Source of the DNA: a virus
IMG/VR virus record: IMGVR_UViG_3300042511_000631
Location: 32,519-96,518 of that record
DNA length: 64,000 nt
Strand: one strand, 5' to 3'
Part shown: positions 1 through 10,652 of the stretch, in pieces
Layout: each line of letters begins with the position of its first letter
Position numbering within the stretch: the stretch's first letter is position 1
Notes under the pieces: generated by a model
What the model was told of the DNA's origin: nothing
The model's database searches: none
What the model saw: only the letters and a program-made list of their open reading frames with translations
Translations under genes and position numbers: made by a program

Positions 1-397
1 CACTATTGCTCCAATTGCAAATAAATCATTTACTTACGAAATGCCCGTAGCTTACGATTTGGTATACCAAGTCACTAGCTACTGCCGCCACCCGCGGCAC
101 GATCGAACTCTTATGTACAAGCTGGCAGATAAATTTCCCTCAAAGTACGGCAAGTTAGCTGTGCCTAATTTCTTAGGCACCGAGACAGGCTACCGAAGCA
201 TGTTCCTTGATGGGTTTGTAAAAAGAGACGCAGTGGATGGAGAAACCGGTAACCGCCGTCTTCTCCGAAACGTCTACATGGTTAGAGTGATAAGTGAAAT
301 GACTCCAAGTCAAGCCGCTTCATCAGTCTGGGCAGTAGATACCGTCTTGATTAACGCTACTACCGCGAGCATCCCGATCCAATACAAGCCGGTCTAA
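1..397 (+). CDS. Putative tail-completion/neck protein (5'-truncated)
   Basis: Frame is open from the window start; lies directly upstream of the tail sheath. Confidence 0.5.
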   Translation, partial: TIAPIANKSFTYEMPVAYDLVYQVTSYCRHPRHDRTLMYKLADKFPSKYGKLAVPNFLGTETGYRSMFLDGFVKRDAVDGETGNRRLLRNVYMVRVISEMTPSQAASSVWAVDTVLINATTASIPIQYKPV

Positions 398-435
398 CAT
401 ATGAAACCTACGAATAACTTAAAGGAGACAAACTA

Positions 436-1944
436 ATGCCTTTCCAACGCCCTGGGGTATACGTTCAAGAAACGTTAAACCCTGTTCAATCAACCACTGG
501 TCCTAACTCGGATTCAGTCGGTGCTTTTATTGGTGCTAACGACCGCGGTCCAACCACCCCAACTTTAATCACATCATGGAGCGATTACGTTAACAAGTTT
601 GGTAGCTGGAACGTTTCAGCCTCAAACAACCTTCCGCTTGCTGCTTACATGTTCTTTTCTAACGGCGGAAGCAAAGCATACTTTGCTCGCGTAACAGCCT
701 CAGCTGTTTCGGCTACACGTACTCTTGTTGACCGTGCGGCTACACCGTTAAACACCCTTACCGTAAGTGCTGCTAACGCAGGCGCATGGGGTAACAACAT
801 CAATATCTCTGTTTCAGACTCTACGAGCACTGGTCTATTTGATATCTCTGTTTACTACAACGGCAGCACCGATGCGTTTTTAGTAGAGCGTTATACAGAC
901 CTTTCAATGGCTGCTACTAATGCTCGATACGCCCCAACTGTAGTAAATGCAGGTTCTTTGTACATTACTTTGGGAGATCTTGGTTCAGCCACTGTTGGTA
1001 CTTCTAAGAACCCAGCAGTTATCACAAACCAAGCTTTGGCTTCAGGAGCTAACGGCTCAGCGATTACTGCAGTCTCTTCCTATTCAGTATTTGACACAGT
1101 TAACCAGTCTTTAATTTTAAATGTGCCTGGCTTTACTGATGCAACTACTGTAAACGCAGCAATTGCTTATGCGGATGCTCGCCAAGACGTGTTTGTTGTG
1201 ATTGATGGCTCTGGTCTACCTGTTGGTGACGCAGTTACATCTAGCACTCAATTAAACTTAGCTTCTACCTACACCGCATCATCTTATGCTGCTGTGTACT
1301 ACCCGCCAATTACAATCTCTGACCCTACAGGTGGCGTCGGCTCAGCAACTGGGTCTACAAAAACTATCGGTGCAGGTGCAGCTGTTGTTGGTCTTTATTC
1401 AGCAACTGATGCCTCTCGTGGAGTTTACAAAGCACCTGCGGGTCTTCAAGCTCGTTTAGCGGGTGCCGTATCTGTAACACCTTTAACAAATGCTAATCTA
1501 GACAGCCTAAATAGCGCAGCTAAGCCTGTAAATGCTATTAAGTTTGTTCCAGGATCAGGCATTGTAGTAATGGGTGCTAAGACACTTAAGGCTGGATATA
1601 TTGACAAGTACATCCCTGTCCGCCGCACACTTATCTATTTGCGTAAAGCTCTTACAGACCTTACTGAGTTTGCAATTTTTGAGCCAAATGACCCAGCGCT
1701 ATGGCGCCGTTTGAACGCAACTGTTAGCAGCTTCTTGACTAATTTCTGGTCACAAGGCGGTCTTGCTGGAACAACTCCGGCAAGCGCGTTCTTTGTAAAA
1801 GTGGATAGCACTAACAACCCACAACCATCAATTGACAATGGCGAAGTTAACCTTGAAATTGGTGTGGCCCTTCAGCGTCCAGCTGAATTCGTAATTATCA
1901 AGATCGGCCAGTTTGACGGTGGAACCACCGTTACTGTTGCGTAA
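436..1944 (+). CDS. Contractile tail sheath protein
   Basis: N-terminal RPGVYVQE; C-terminal RGVYKAPAG, YIPVRR, FEPND, PAEFV sheath motifs; AAGGAG RBS. Confidence 0.95.
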   Translation: MPFQRPGVYVQETLNPVQSTTGPNSDSVGAFIGANDRGPTTPTLITSWSDYVNKFGSWNVSASNNLPLAAYMFFSNGGSKAYFARVTASAVSATRTLVDRAATPLNTLTVSAANAGAWGNNINISVSDSTSTGLFDISVYYNGSTDAFLVERYTDLSMAATNARYAPTVVNAGSLYITLGDLGSATVGTSKNPAVITNQALASGANGSAITAVSSYSVFDTVNQSLILNVPGFTDATTVNAAIAYADARQDVFVVIDGSGLPVGDAVTSSTQLNLASTYTASSYAAVYYPPITISDPTGGVGSATGSTKTIGAGAAVVGLYSATDASRGVYKAPAGLQARLAGAVSVTPLTNANLDSLNSAAKPVNAIKFVPGSGIVVMGAKTLKAGYIDKYIPVRRTLIYLRKALTDLTEFAIFEPNDPALWRRLNATVSSFLTNFWSQGGLAGTTPASAFFVKVDSTNNPQPSIDNGEVNLEIGVALQRPAEFVIIKIGQFDGGTTVTVA

Positions 1945-1959
1945 AGGAGAAAATAAATA

Positions 1960-2556
1960 ATGACAAGCAGCGTTATCAATCGCTTTTCAACGATTGCAAC
2001 CGACCCGTTACGCAGTTTTCGGTTTTATGCGGAATTTACTGCGGCGGGTGAGACCCAGTTTGACAACAAAATCACCAGTGGTTTCACTGGCGGTTTTACA
2101 AATATCAGTGGTTTAAACATCACTACTCAGTCAATCCAATACCGTGAGGGTGGCTACAACACCACTGTTCACCAGATCCCAGGAATGACAACTTTTAGCC
2201 CAATTACGCTACAACGTGGTGTGTTAGCCGGTAACGACCAAGCTATCACTTGGATGCGTGGTTTATTTGCTGCCTCAAGCGGTGACGGACTCGACACCGG
2301 AACTAATAAGACTTTCCGCGTAAACGTGGATATCTATGTAATGGATCACCCAAACGCAAATGCGGCATCTACCAACCTCCCAAAAATGAAGTTCACGGTA
2401 CACAACGCATGGCTTACTGGTCTAAACTACACAGATCTAAACGCAAATGATGGATCTCTTTTCTTTGAATCAATGCAGCTAGTCCATGAAGGATTAACTG
2501 TAGCCTTTACCAAAACAACTGCTGGTAAAGAATTTGAAGCAAACCGCGAGCAGTAA
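1960..2556 (+). CDS. Tail tube protein (T4 gp19-like)
   Basis: DPLRSFRF, YREGG, PG..FSPITLQRG motifs; follows sheath. Confidence 0.9.
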   Translation: MTSSVINRFSTIATDPLRSFRFYAEFTAAGETQFDNKITSGFTGGFTNISGLNITTQSIQYREGGYNTTVHQIPGMTTFSPITLQRGVLAGNDQAITWMRGLFAASSGDGLDTGTNKTFRVNVDIYVMDHPNANAASTNLPKMKFTVHNAWLTGLNYTDLNANDGSLFFESMQLVHEGLTVAFTKTTAGKEFEANREQ

Positions 2557-2588
2557 TCTAACCGACTAACTATTTAGGAGTATAAATC

Positions 2589-3383
2589 GTGACTGAAATA
2601 ATCACAGACGCAGAACTTGTATCAAAATTTGCCGCACAGGCGATGGAGGAGCCCGAGAAAGTTATTGAAACTCGGGCACCTTCAGAGTCAGAAGTAGATC
2701 TACCGGGAGGTTTCATTGGAGTCAACCGCGAAGTGATTTTAACCGCTGAGGTTAGAGAGTTAAACGGAATGGATGAAGAGTTGATCGCTAAAGCGGGATC
2801 TTCAGCTAAAGCCTTTAACGTTCTTCTTCAGCGCGGGTTAGTAAAACTAGGTTCAGAAGATGTGACTAAGGATCAAATTGATAGCCTGTTATCAGGTGAC
2901 CGCGACGCCATCCTTATCGCTATCCGACGAGCAACCTTTGGAAACACTCTAGATCTAAACATTAACTGCCCTAGCTGTAACGCCCCGCAAACTACAAGTA
3001 TTGACCTTGTAGACGATGTTCCAGTTAAGCGGTTAGAGGATCCAATTGCGGATCGAACATTCTATGTAGAGACAAAGAAAGGCCCGGTGGGAGTTGCTCT
3101 TCCAACGGGAGTAGTTCAAAAGCGTCTTGTAGACAACATGGATAAAAGCATTGCTGAGATGAACACTGTTCTACTAGCTGGTTGTATTTTATCTGTTAAT
3201 GGTTCTCCATCTTCAGGCGCTTCAACCGCTTTAGCTTTAGGAATGGCTGATAGAACAAAAGTTCTTGACGCAATTACTGATCGTAACCCAGGCCCACGCC
3301 TTGGGGAGGTGAAGAAAGCTTGTCAGGCATGTAATGAGGATATTGAACTCCCATTAAGTTTGACAGATTTGTTTCGCTTATAG
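2589..3383 (+). CDS. Tail assembly chaperone / T4 gp26-like hub assembly protein
   Basis: Between tube and tape measure; LLSGDRDAILIAIR and two CxxC pairs. Confidence 0.7.
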   Translation: MTEIITDAELVSKFAAQAMEEPEKVIETRAPSESEVDLPGGFIGVNREVILTAEVRELNGMDEELIAKAGSSAKAFNVLLQRGLVKLGSEDVTKDQIDSLLSGDRDAILIAIRRATFGNTLDLNINCPSCNAPQTTSIDLVDDVPVKRLEDPIADRTFYVETKKGPVGVALPTGVVQKRLVDNMDKSIAEMNTVLLAGCILSVNGSPSSGASTALALGMADRTKVLDAITDRNPGPRLGEVKKACQACNEDIELPLSLTDLFRL

Positions 3384-3531
3384 CACTACTGAGTACGAAG
3401 GCATTTTAAATGAGTACGAAGTACTTACTAGAACGTTTACAGGATGGACATTGACAGAGATCCGCGCATTATCAGTTAGAGAACGATATAACTGGTTAGA
3501 GCGGGCTCAAAGACACACGGGAAGGAAATAA
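3373..3531 (+). CDS. Start-less C-terminal chaperone segment, probably reached by +1 frameshift
   Basis: +1 frame reads FAYSTTEYEGILNEYEVLTRTFTGWTLTEIRALSVRERYNWLERAQRHTGRK*; no ATG; typical second-chaperone signature. Confidence 0.6.
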   Translation, partial: FAYSTTEYEGILNEYEVLTRTFTGWTLTEIRALSVRERYNWLERAQRHTGRK

Positions 3532-3534
3532 CAA

Positions 3535-5601
3535 ATGGCAGATCCAAAGAGCGTCATTGTTGAAATAAAGAACGGCCTTTCCGACGTCCGTCAACAAATG
3601 AACTTGCTTAAGCAAGATACCGCGGCGTGGGTTAACAGTTTAGGCTCTGGTGTTTCCAAACTCTCTGGTGCTGGAGGCGGCTCAAGCGGTGGGGGCTCTA
3701 CAGTAGCCTCTGAACCAAAATTTACCCCACCCGCTTCTCAGACTGGCGGAGGTGGCGGAGGTTCCGCCCCGTACCAACCTATGGGTGGAAACCTTGTAGC
3801 TAAGAACCCATCTTTTAACCCACCAGCAGGCGGGGATGACGGCGGTGGCGGTGGCGGTGGAGGCGGCGCAGGTGGCGGGTACACCGGTAACACTAGCTTA
3901 ACTAAATATTTAACAGAAAACGCAGCAGCCGGGTTCTTATACTCAGCTGCGTTAACTTCTGGAATGTTGGACCAACCCGGTGAAACTGTTGAAGCCCAGT
4001 TGTTAATGAAACGAACCGCTTATTTTAATGACAAGTCTTATAACAACATTCGCGATCTTCAATCAAGCCTTGGTAAAAAAGGAACTATTAAAGATAAGAT
4101 GGATGTTTCGCGTGGTCTTGCTTCTGCGCAAAGCATTGGTGTTACCGGTCCAAACGTAACTCAAGGATCTAAAGGCATGGGTAGTGTAGCTGAAGGCGTA
4201 GCTGCAACCTCAAATCTTTTGCCTGGAGCTGGTTTTGAAGGCACAATGCGAGCTTTCTCGTCTATGCAGCAAGCTAGAAACGTAAACATGCTCCGCGGTA
4301 TTGGTATCCAACTCCGCGATGAAAATGGAAATTTAACGCCTCCAGATAAAATTATTGACAGCCTTTGGAAAAAGATTGTTCATGATTACCAACAAGCTTA
4401 TGGCTCAGGGTCAATGCCAAAAGAACGCGAATTGCTTATTGGTATGCAGCCAGGTAACTCTATTGACTCAATGCTTGATATGTATTTTGGCAATGACCCA
4501 ATGGCAAAACAACTTATTGCTAATGGTCTTTTGTACAAGGCAAAAACTGGCGGCGGCGCTATTGATAAAACTAAATTAACAGCCATGGGCGCCACCACAG
4601 AAGCAGTAGGTGCGTTTAGCCGTAGAAATGCTGCCGCTGGAACCCAATTAGGGCTTACCGCAAATGCTGGAGCATCGGGCTACACAACAGCTGCAAACGC
4701 AATTGCTAACATTAGCGAAAACATATCTTCAAATGAAACTTTGTTAAAAGCCCTTCAAAAAACAACAGAAATTAATGCGCAAGTTGTTACTGTATTAGGG
4801 GCAGTAAACGGAACATTAGCAAAAGCGTTAGGCGCTCTTACCGGTATAGGCGGAAAATTAGGTCTTGGACTTGGGTTTGCTGGTTTAGCGGGGTTAGGTG
4901 TTGCTGGATTGGTAACTACTTCAGGGGATGACACTTCTGGTGCAAGTGACACCGCTCCTAGTGGTGGAGGCAGTTCTGGCAGCTCGGGCGCAAGCGGAGT
5001 CGGCCTCAGCAAAAATCCAAAAGCTGGACAAAAGTCTTTTGCTTTAGCTTTGCTAAGAAAATTAGATATTAAACCTACACAAACCGCAATTGACGCACTT
5101 ATGGCATGGCAACAAAGAGAGGGCGGTCACTGGAAAAATAGTGCGACGTACAACCCTCTGAACACTATGCTGCAAAAAGATGGATCCGTTAACTACATGT
5201 CTGGGCAAGAAGGAAAGGGCGTTCAAGCTTACATGTCTTTGGATCAAGGAATTGATGCTACAGCCGATACTCTTACTGGAAAAAGCTCTAAATCTCGAGG
5301 CTACGACAGAGTTATTTCAGCTTTAAAATCTGGCGATCAAACGGATATATACGCAGCAATTTTAGCTACTGAATGGGTTGGAAGAAACGAAGTTGACAGT
5401 GAAGGGAACCGAACAGGTGCCAACTACTCCTACAAAGGTTTTAAAGGGTTTAAGTCGACGACGGACGAGGGAAAAACCTACAACATGGGCGGTGTTACCT
5501 TTAACATTGTCGGTACTGGAAAATCTGCGGATGAGCTTTACAAAGAATTTAAAACTTTAATGGATGCGGAAGAGCGGAAAGCACAGGCGGCCAACGGATG
5601 A
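3535..5601 (+). CDS. Tape measure protein with C-terminal lysozyme-like domain
   Basis: Position; G/A-rich helical body; AWQQREGG..YNPLNT motif. Confidence 0.75.
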   Translation: MADPKSVIVEIKNGLSDVRQQMNLLKQDTAAWVNSLGSGVSKLSGAGGGSSGGGSTVASEPKFTPPASQTGGGGGGSAPYQPMGGNLVAKNPSFNPPAGGDDGGGGGGGGGAGGGYTGNTSLTKYLTENAAAGFLYSAALTSGMLDQPGETVEAQLLMKRTAYFNDKSYNNIRDLQSSLGKKGTIKDKMDVSRGLASAQSIGVTGPNVTQGSKGMGSVAEGVAATSNLLPGAGFEGTMRAFSSMQQARNVNMLRGIGIQLRDENGNLTPPDKIIDSLWKKIVHDYQQAYGSGSMPKERELLIGMQPGNSIDSMLDMYFGNDPMAKQLIANGLLYKAKTGGGAIDKTKLTAMGATTEAVGAFSRRNAAAGTQLGLTANAGASGYTTAANAIANISENISSNETLLKALQKTTEINAQVVTVLGAVNGTLAKALGALTGIGGKLGLGLGFAGLAGLGVAGLVTTSGDDTSGASDTAPSGGGSSGSSGASGVGLSKNPKAGQKSFALALLRKLDIKPTQTAIDALMAWQQREGGHWKNSATYNPLNTMLQKDGSVNYMSGQEGKGVQAYMSLDQGIDATADTLTGKSSKSRGYDRVISALKSGDQTDIYAAILATEWVGRNEVDSEGNRTGANYSYKGFKGFKSTTDEGKTYNMGGVTFNIVGTGKSADELYKEFKTLMDAEERKAQAANG

Positions 5602-6638
5602 GTCCTATCTTAGAACCATTAGACAACCCGCTAGTTGTAGCAACTTCAGCTACTAAAGCGGAGATTGCTGCTGCTGAAGCAATTGAGCGTTGGAAACAAA
5701 ATGAGTTAATTAGAACCGTATCGGAAGATATCGCAAATCAAACTCAATCTAGCTCTATATACAATGGTGCTGCGTTCCTAGCAACACAAGATAAGCCTAA
5801 CTCAACGCAATCTTCTGCTATTGAGTACACGGGTACCCCTACCCCAATTGATTACAAGTTTAACTTGCCTCCGCACACTTGGAGCTTACCCCTGCGCCCA
5901 GGCGAAATTGAGCCAGAAATTGTGGGCTCTAGTACCGTTTACACAAATGATTCTTTCCATGGTTTCCGCCGTGGTCGCATTTGGTACTGGCAAACATCGG
6001 CTGATATCAGCAAAACTACTAGCGATAACTCTGCTGCTACCAGCGGAGCTGAGAAGCTATTACTTGACCGCAACTACGGCTTCCAGTTCCTATGGAACCC
6101 TGATGCTATCTCAGTAAACGTCTCTAGAAACATGGACATAACCCCAAACAGCGCCGATACTCTCCGCGTTGTAGCTGGTGTTTTTCCTGGTCAAGAAACC
6201 GTTTCTTTAACTATTGTTCTAGACCGCACTAATGACTTTGCTTACGCTAAAGCTACCGGTACTGGGGCCGCGGAGTACTACACCGCAGGATTCCCATTAG
6301 CGGCAAAACAAGATTTTAATACACAACTAAAAACATTGTTAGAGCAAGGAACAATGGCGGACTTAGAATACCTTTTCCGCGCTATTAACGGTTCTGGCTC
6401 CGGAGACAAGCAGTGGACAACACTTTTAGGAAAGAAAACAGCAAACGTTGGTTACTTACAACCGACATTGCTTGGTGTGGCTCTTGGCCCAGATACCCAA
6501 AACAACTTGTCATATGTAGGTTGGATTTCTAACTTATCTATGAACCATACTGCCTTTACCCAAACTATGATCCCTCTAAGAACAACAGTAACCATCTCAC
6601 TCGAGTGCTTCTCTGGCTCAGGAATTACGGCGGGTTAA
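5598..6638 (+). CDS. Baseplate/tube initiator protein
   Basis: FQFLWNP..ISV and tube-like motifs; synteny. Confidence 0.55.
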   Translation: MSPILEPLDNPLVVATSATKAEIAAAEAIERWKQNELIRTVSEDIANQTQSSSIYNGAAFLATQDKPNSTQSSAIEYTGTPTPIDYKFNLPPHTWSLPLRPGEIEPEIVGSSTVYTNDSFHGFRRGRIWYWQTSADISKTTSDNSAATSGAEKLLLDRNYGFQFLWNPDAISVNVSRNMDITPNSADTLRVVAGVFPGQETVSLTIVLDRTNDFAYAKATGTGAAEYYTAGFPLAAKQDFNTQLKTLLEQGTMADLEYLFRAINGSGSGDKQWTTLLGKKTANVGYLQPTLLGVALGPDTQNNLSYVGWISNLSMNHTAFTQTMIPLRTTVTISLECFSGSGITAG

Positions 6639-6640
6639 AA

Positions 6641-6922
6641 ATGGCTATCTATCGCGGATCTCGTTACGAGTACTCAACTGTTGACTACTTTTCAACTACG
6701 GTAGAGGGTGCCGATGAGCCTGTCGTTTTTTACAGCTTTTCGGATCTTGGGTATGTTCGCTACTGGCAACACACGTATGTAGAAGGCGAACGTTTAGACC
6801 AGATTGCGTATAAGTACTACCAACGCCCTCAATTCTGGTGGATCATCCCTGAGTACAACCCGGAAATTACAGACTTAAACAACATTCCCGCGGGAACCGT
6901 TTTAAGAGTGCCAAATGTTTAA
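6641..6922 (+). CDS. LysM-like baseplate protein (T4 gp53/tail X-like)
   Basis: EGERLDQIAYKYY..WWII..NP..IPAGTVLRVP; ATG at 6641. Confidence 0.8.
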   Translation: MAIYRGSRYEYSTVDYFSTTVEGADEPVVFYSFSDLGYVRYWQHTYVEGERLDQIAYKYYQRPQFWWIIPEYNPEITDLNNIPAGTVLRVPNV

Positions 6923-8261
6923 TTACATAAAGGTAAACTTCCCTGACTCAGATATACAACCAGAGGTTGTTTACTCTGCCACTATCTCTCAAAGCCGGTT
7001 TGCCCACGAAACCGCGGTAGTAAAATTTAGAGACTGGAACGTTCAATACGACATCGTAGCTCCAGGCACACCTGTCCAACTAACCCTTTATGGCATGAAA
7101 AACCGTAGAGAGTTTTATGGCTATGTGCACCACATTACCCCTGACCAAAGCCCAGGAAAAAACTTTACAGAAGTTGTAATTATTGGGGCATCTTTTCCCA
7201 TGAAACAACAATCTCAAACTATTTATAAAAACACTACAGCTGATCAAGTCATTCAGTCAATTGCTACAAAATACAATTTTGTTGCCTATACCGTTCCGCA
7301 TCCACGCATTTACCCACAGGTGTCCCAAGCTGGCCACACTGATTGGGAATTTATGGTCCGTTTAGCTATGCAATCTGGGTACTCTTTGCGTACAGAGAAC
7401 ACCGAACTTTATTTTCAACCCGTTATGGACGACTTTACAAATTACAGAGAAAGCGCCCCTAAGTTTATTATGCGACAAGCCACCGATCCGGACGGCTCAA
7501 CCATTTACTCTTTTAAACCTATTATTGGTGAGTCATTAGACTTTAAGGACTCAACTAAAGCGGCTGTTGCAATCAGCGGCGTAAATCAAAATGATGGCAC
7601 TAGAATGGCCATTACCACTCAAATTAGAAATATTAAAACTAGAAAAAAGCAACAAATTGAGTTTTTTGACAAATTTGATACTTCTGTAGTCGCATCAGAT
7701 ATTCAAACAGCTAGCTTTGAAGCAAAAGCTGCTGAAGACAAAAACTACTTTCCATATCGAGCTACTGTAGAAGTTTTAGGCGACCCTACCTTGCGCCCAG
7801 ACTTGCCTGTATTTTTAGAGGGCATCGGGGACAACTATTCTGGTTACTGGGTCATTTTAAATACAGAGCATAAGATTATTGAAACTGAGCGGAATCAACA
7901 GACCTACACAACTGTGTTAACTGTAGGTATTGACTCTTTAGGCGCCGCTGCGTCGTGGAGTGACAACAAGACAATAAACTCCCCTGACTACATTCCGCGT
8001 AGAAAAATTATTCCGGGCGTAAAACAAACAAAGGTTGTTCCCGCTACCGCCTTAAACACCGTATCTCCTGCTGCGAGTCCTCAGCTAAAAAGCAGCTTTG
8101 GAACTTTACAAAATAGATCAAAGCCAAGCCTTAACCGCCGAGATCAATCCCCAACAGTTTGGAAGAGCACTACCTCTTCGCTTAATAACATAATTGTAGA
8201 AACTAAAAAGTCTCCAATTATCCTTGATCGGTTGCTAAAACGAGCGGCGTCTAACTTATGA
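6915..8261 (+). CDS. Baseplate hub (gp27/GpD-like)
   Basis: QAGHTDWEFMVRLA, GDPTLRP, YSGYWVI motifs. Confidence 0.75.
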   Translation: MFNYIKVNFPDSDIQPEVVYSATISQSRFAHETAVVKFRDWNVQYDIVAPGTPVQLTLYGMKNRREFYGYVHHITPDQSPGKNFTEVVIIGASFPMKQQSQTIYKNTTADQVIQSIATKYNFVAYTVPHPRIYPQVSQAGHTDWEFMVRLAMQSGYSLRTENTELYFQPVMDDFTNYRESAPKFIMRQATDPDGSTIYSFKPIIGESLDFKDSTKAAVAISGVNQNDGTRMAITTQIRNIKTRKKQQIEFFDKFDTSVVASDIQTASFEAKAAEDKNYFPYRATVEVLGDPTLRPDLPVFLEGIGDNYSGYWVILNTEHKIIETERNQQTYTTVLTVGIDSLGAAASWSDNKTINSPDYIPRRKIIPGVKQTKVVPATALNTVSPAASPQLKSSFGTLQNRSKPSLNRRDQSPTVWKSTTSSLNNIIVETKKSPIILDRLLKRAASNL

Positions 8262-8500
8262 CCTTTGACAAGCGTTTTTATGGACTATATAAAGGTATTG
8301 TTGTAGACAACAACGACCTAGAGTTGCGAAAGCGCCTTACGGTTAAGGTTCCTCAAGTAACTGGGGACGCTGTAACGGGTTGGGCCGAAGTCTGCATCAA
8401 TGGTAGCGGGGTTACCGCGCCAAGTGTAAACGACGTTGTATGGATATCCTACATAGCAGGAGACCCTAATTTTCCAGTATGGATAGGAGTAACTACATGA
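8258..8500 (+). CDS. Baseplate spike OB-fold protein (gp5/GpV N-terminal-like)
   Basis: FYGLYKGIVVDNND..VKVPQV..GWA..P..VWI..GDPNFPVWIG. Confidence 0.8.
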   Translation: MTFDKRFYGLYKGIVVDNNDLELRKRLTVKVPQVTGDAVTGWAEVCINGSGVTAPSVNDVVWISYIAGDPNFPVWIGVTT

Positions 8501-8904
8501 TTGAAAAAGCAATAACGTTGCCTTTTTCCTTTGATTCAACCGGGGCGGTATCGCACTCAACGGATCAAAAGAAAATATTACAAGACCGCGTTGTTCTTGT
8601 GGTTATGACCAAATTAAGAGAACGAGTAATGCGTCCTACATTTGGCAGCGAAGCTAGTAACTCATTGTTTGAGAACGTAGACTCAGCCGCAAATATGATC
8701 CGTCAAACTATTGGCGCGGCGTTCTCTAATTGGCTAAAAGGTTTACTTTTGACCAACGTTGAAATTTATGTAGATCCTTCTGAAGGCTATTTAATTGCGG
8801 AAGTGTTCTATAAGATTGATCTACAAGAGAATGAGCAAAGTGTAAGGATAAAAACGGCTATCCTTAGCCGAACAGGCGACGTACTTCTGGAGGTAAATAA
8901 CTAA
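8497..8904 (+). CDS. Baseplate wedge gp25-like protein
   Basis: ERVMRPTFGS motif; ATGA overlap with the upstream gene. Confidence 0.85.
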   Translation: MIEKAITLPFSFDSTGAVSHSTDQKKILQDRVVLVVMTKLRERVMRPTFGSEASNSLFENVDSAANMIRQTIGAAFSNWLKGLLLTNVEIYVDPSEGYLIAEVFYKIDLQENEQSVRIKTAILSRTGDVLLEVNN

Positions 8905-10652
8905 TGGCTACTAACTACATACCGCAGGTGGATTACACCTCCCGCGATTACTCGTCTATTCGCCAAGATTTGATTGATTTAATCCCAGAATTTACCCCTA
9001 CTTGGACTAACCGCGATCCAGCTGACTTTGGTATTACTATCTTAGAGATGTTCTCTTACATGGGTGACATTTTAAATTACTATATTGATAAATCAGCTAA
9101 CGAAGCATTTATTAGCACAGCTAGCCAACGCGACAGCGTGCTCCAGTTGGCTAAGCTTTTGGGATACACCCCAACAACCAGCACAGCTTCTACTGTTACA
9201 TTAACTTTTGCCGACACCCGCGGTGGTACCCCAGCTACCGCTTTTGTGGTGCCAGCTTTGACTCAGGTAGCAACATCTGCGGTAACAGATAGCAATACAA
9301 ATCAAATTGTTTTTGAAACCAATTCTGCCGTAACCGTGCCCATAAACGGAACAATTACAGTTTCCGCCAAACAGGGCAAAACTATCGGGATCTCTCCTGT
9401 GGAAAAAATTGGTGAGTCTAACGGACAAGCTAACCAAGTATTTAAATTAGCTCAATCGCCTGTAATTAACGGCAGTATTTCAGTCACTGTTGGCGGGGTT
9501 AACTATTACGAAGTTTCTTATTTAATTGACTACAATAGCTACGACCCAGTGTTCTCTACCTACACAAACGCCGATAGCGTCACATATGTTTTGTTTGGCG
9601 ATAACATCAGCGGCCGTATTCCACCAAATAACGCAGAAATTTTTGCCGTATACCGTATTGGCGGAGGCGCCGAAGGTAACGTAGCAGCAGGCACAATTAA
9701 ATCTATTATTAGCCAAGCTGCTATTACACCTACTGCTTCTGGTTTAACTGTGCTTAACCAGTACATATCTGCCGCTAATGACGGCTCAGCTTCTGGCGGA
9801 GCTGACGCGGAGTCTACTGACTCTATTCGTATTAACGCTCCGTTAAGCTTACGCGCTTTAAACCGCGCCGTATCTCTATCTGACTATTCAGCTCTTTGTG
9901 TACAAGTTAGCGGTATTGCAAAAGCCATAGCTATTGCTGAAATTTATAGCAGCATTACTGTGTTCTTTGCTCCTTACGGTGATCGCGGAGTAGAATCTGA
10001 CAACGTAACCCCTACCGCAACCTTTAATACACTAAAGGCGACAGTACTAAGTTATATGGCTGACAAAGTTCCAGCTAACACCACAATTACATTCCAACCA
10101 CCAAGCTATGTAACTGCGCTAATAGACGCAAACGTTACATGCCTACCTCAATACAAACAAAACTTAGTAGAGGCCGGCGTAAACACAATCTTGGCAGAAC
10201 TATTTGCTTTTGACAACGTAGCGTTTGCTGACCGCATTACCCTACAAGATGTAATGTCTGCTATTTCATCTGTAGATGGTGTGGCGTACTCGCAAATAAC
10301 AAAACTTGTCCGCGAAGATGAAGACATCACATTAACCGTAACCAACAAGGTTCTTTCATCAAATGTAGCAACATTAACTGTAGGTTCCTCACACGGCATT
10401 ACTGTTGGAAATACAATTCTGGTTTCTGGAGTAGACGCTACGTTTAACGGTACGTTTGTAGTTACCGCAGTAGCATCCACTACAATTTCTTATGTATGTA
10501 TTGCTACTAACGTGTCTTCTACCGTAGTCTCCATTACTGATGGTGTAACAGTGCTAAAAGTTACTGACATCTTATGTTTAACAAATGAAATCCCAGAGAT
10601 TGACTACGAAACAAATCTTAATTTGACATTAACGGGAGGTATTCTTAACTAA
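8904..10652 (+). CDS. Baseplate wedge J/gp6-like protein
   Basis: DYTSRDY, EAFISTA, GGADAES..IR, RAVSLSDY motifs. Confidence 0.9.
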   Translation: MATNYIPQVDYTSRDYSSIRQDLIDLIPEFTPTWTNRDPADFGITILEMFSYMGDILNYYIDKSANEAFISTASQRDSVLQLAKLLGYTPTTSTASTVTLTFADTRGGTPATAFVVPALTQVATSAVTDSNTNQIVFETNSAVTVPINGTITVSAKQGKTIGISPVEKIGESNGQANQVFKLAQSPVINGSISVTVGGVNYYEVSYLIDYNSYDPVFSTYTNADSVTYVLFGDNISGRIPPNNAEIFAVYRIGGGAEGNVAAGTIKSIISQAAITPTASGLTVLNQYISAANDGSASGGADAESTDSIRINAPLSLRALNRAVSLSDYSALCVQVSGIAKAIAIAEIYSSITVFFAPYGDRGVESDNVTPTATFNTLKATVLSYMADKVPANTTITFQPPSYVTALIDANVTCLPQYKQNLVEAGVNTILAELFAFDNVAFADRITLQDVMSAISSVDGVAYSQITKLVREDEDITLTVTNKVLSSNVATLTVGSSHGITVGNTILVSGVDATFNGTFVVTAVASTTISYVCIATNVSSTVVSITDGVTVLKVTDILCLTNEIPEIDYETNLNLTLTGGILN

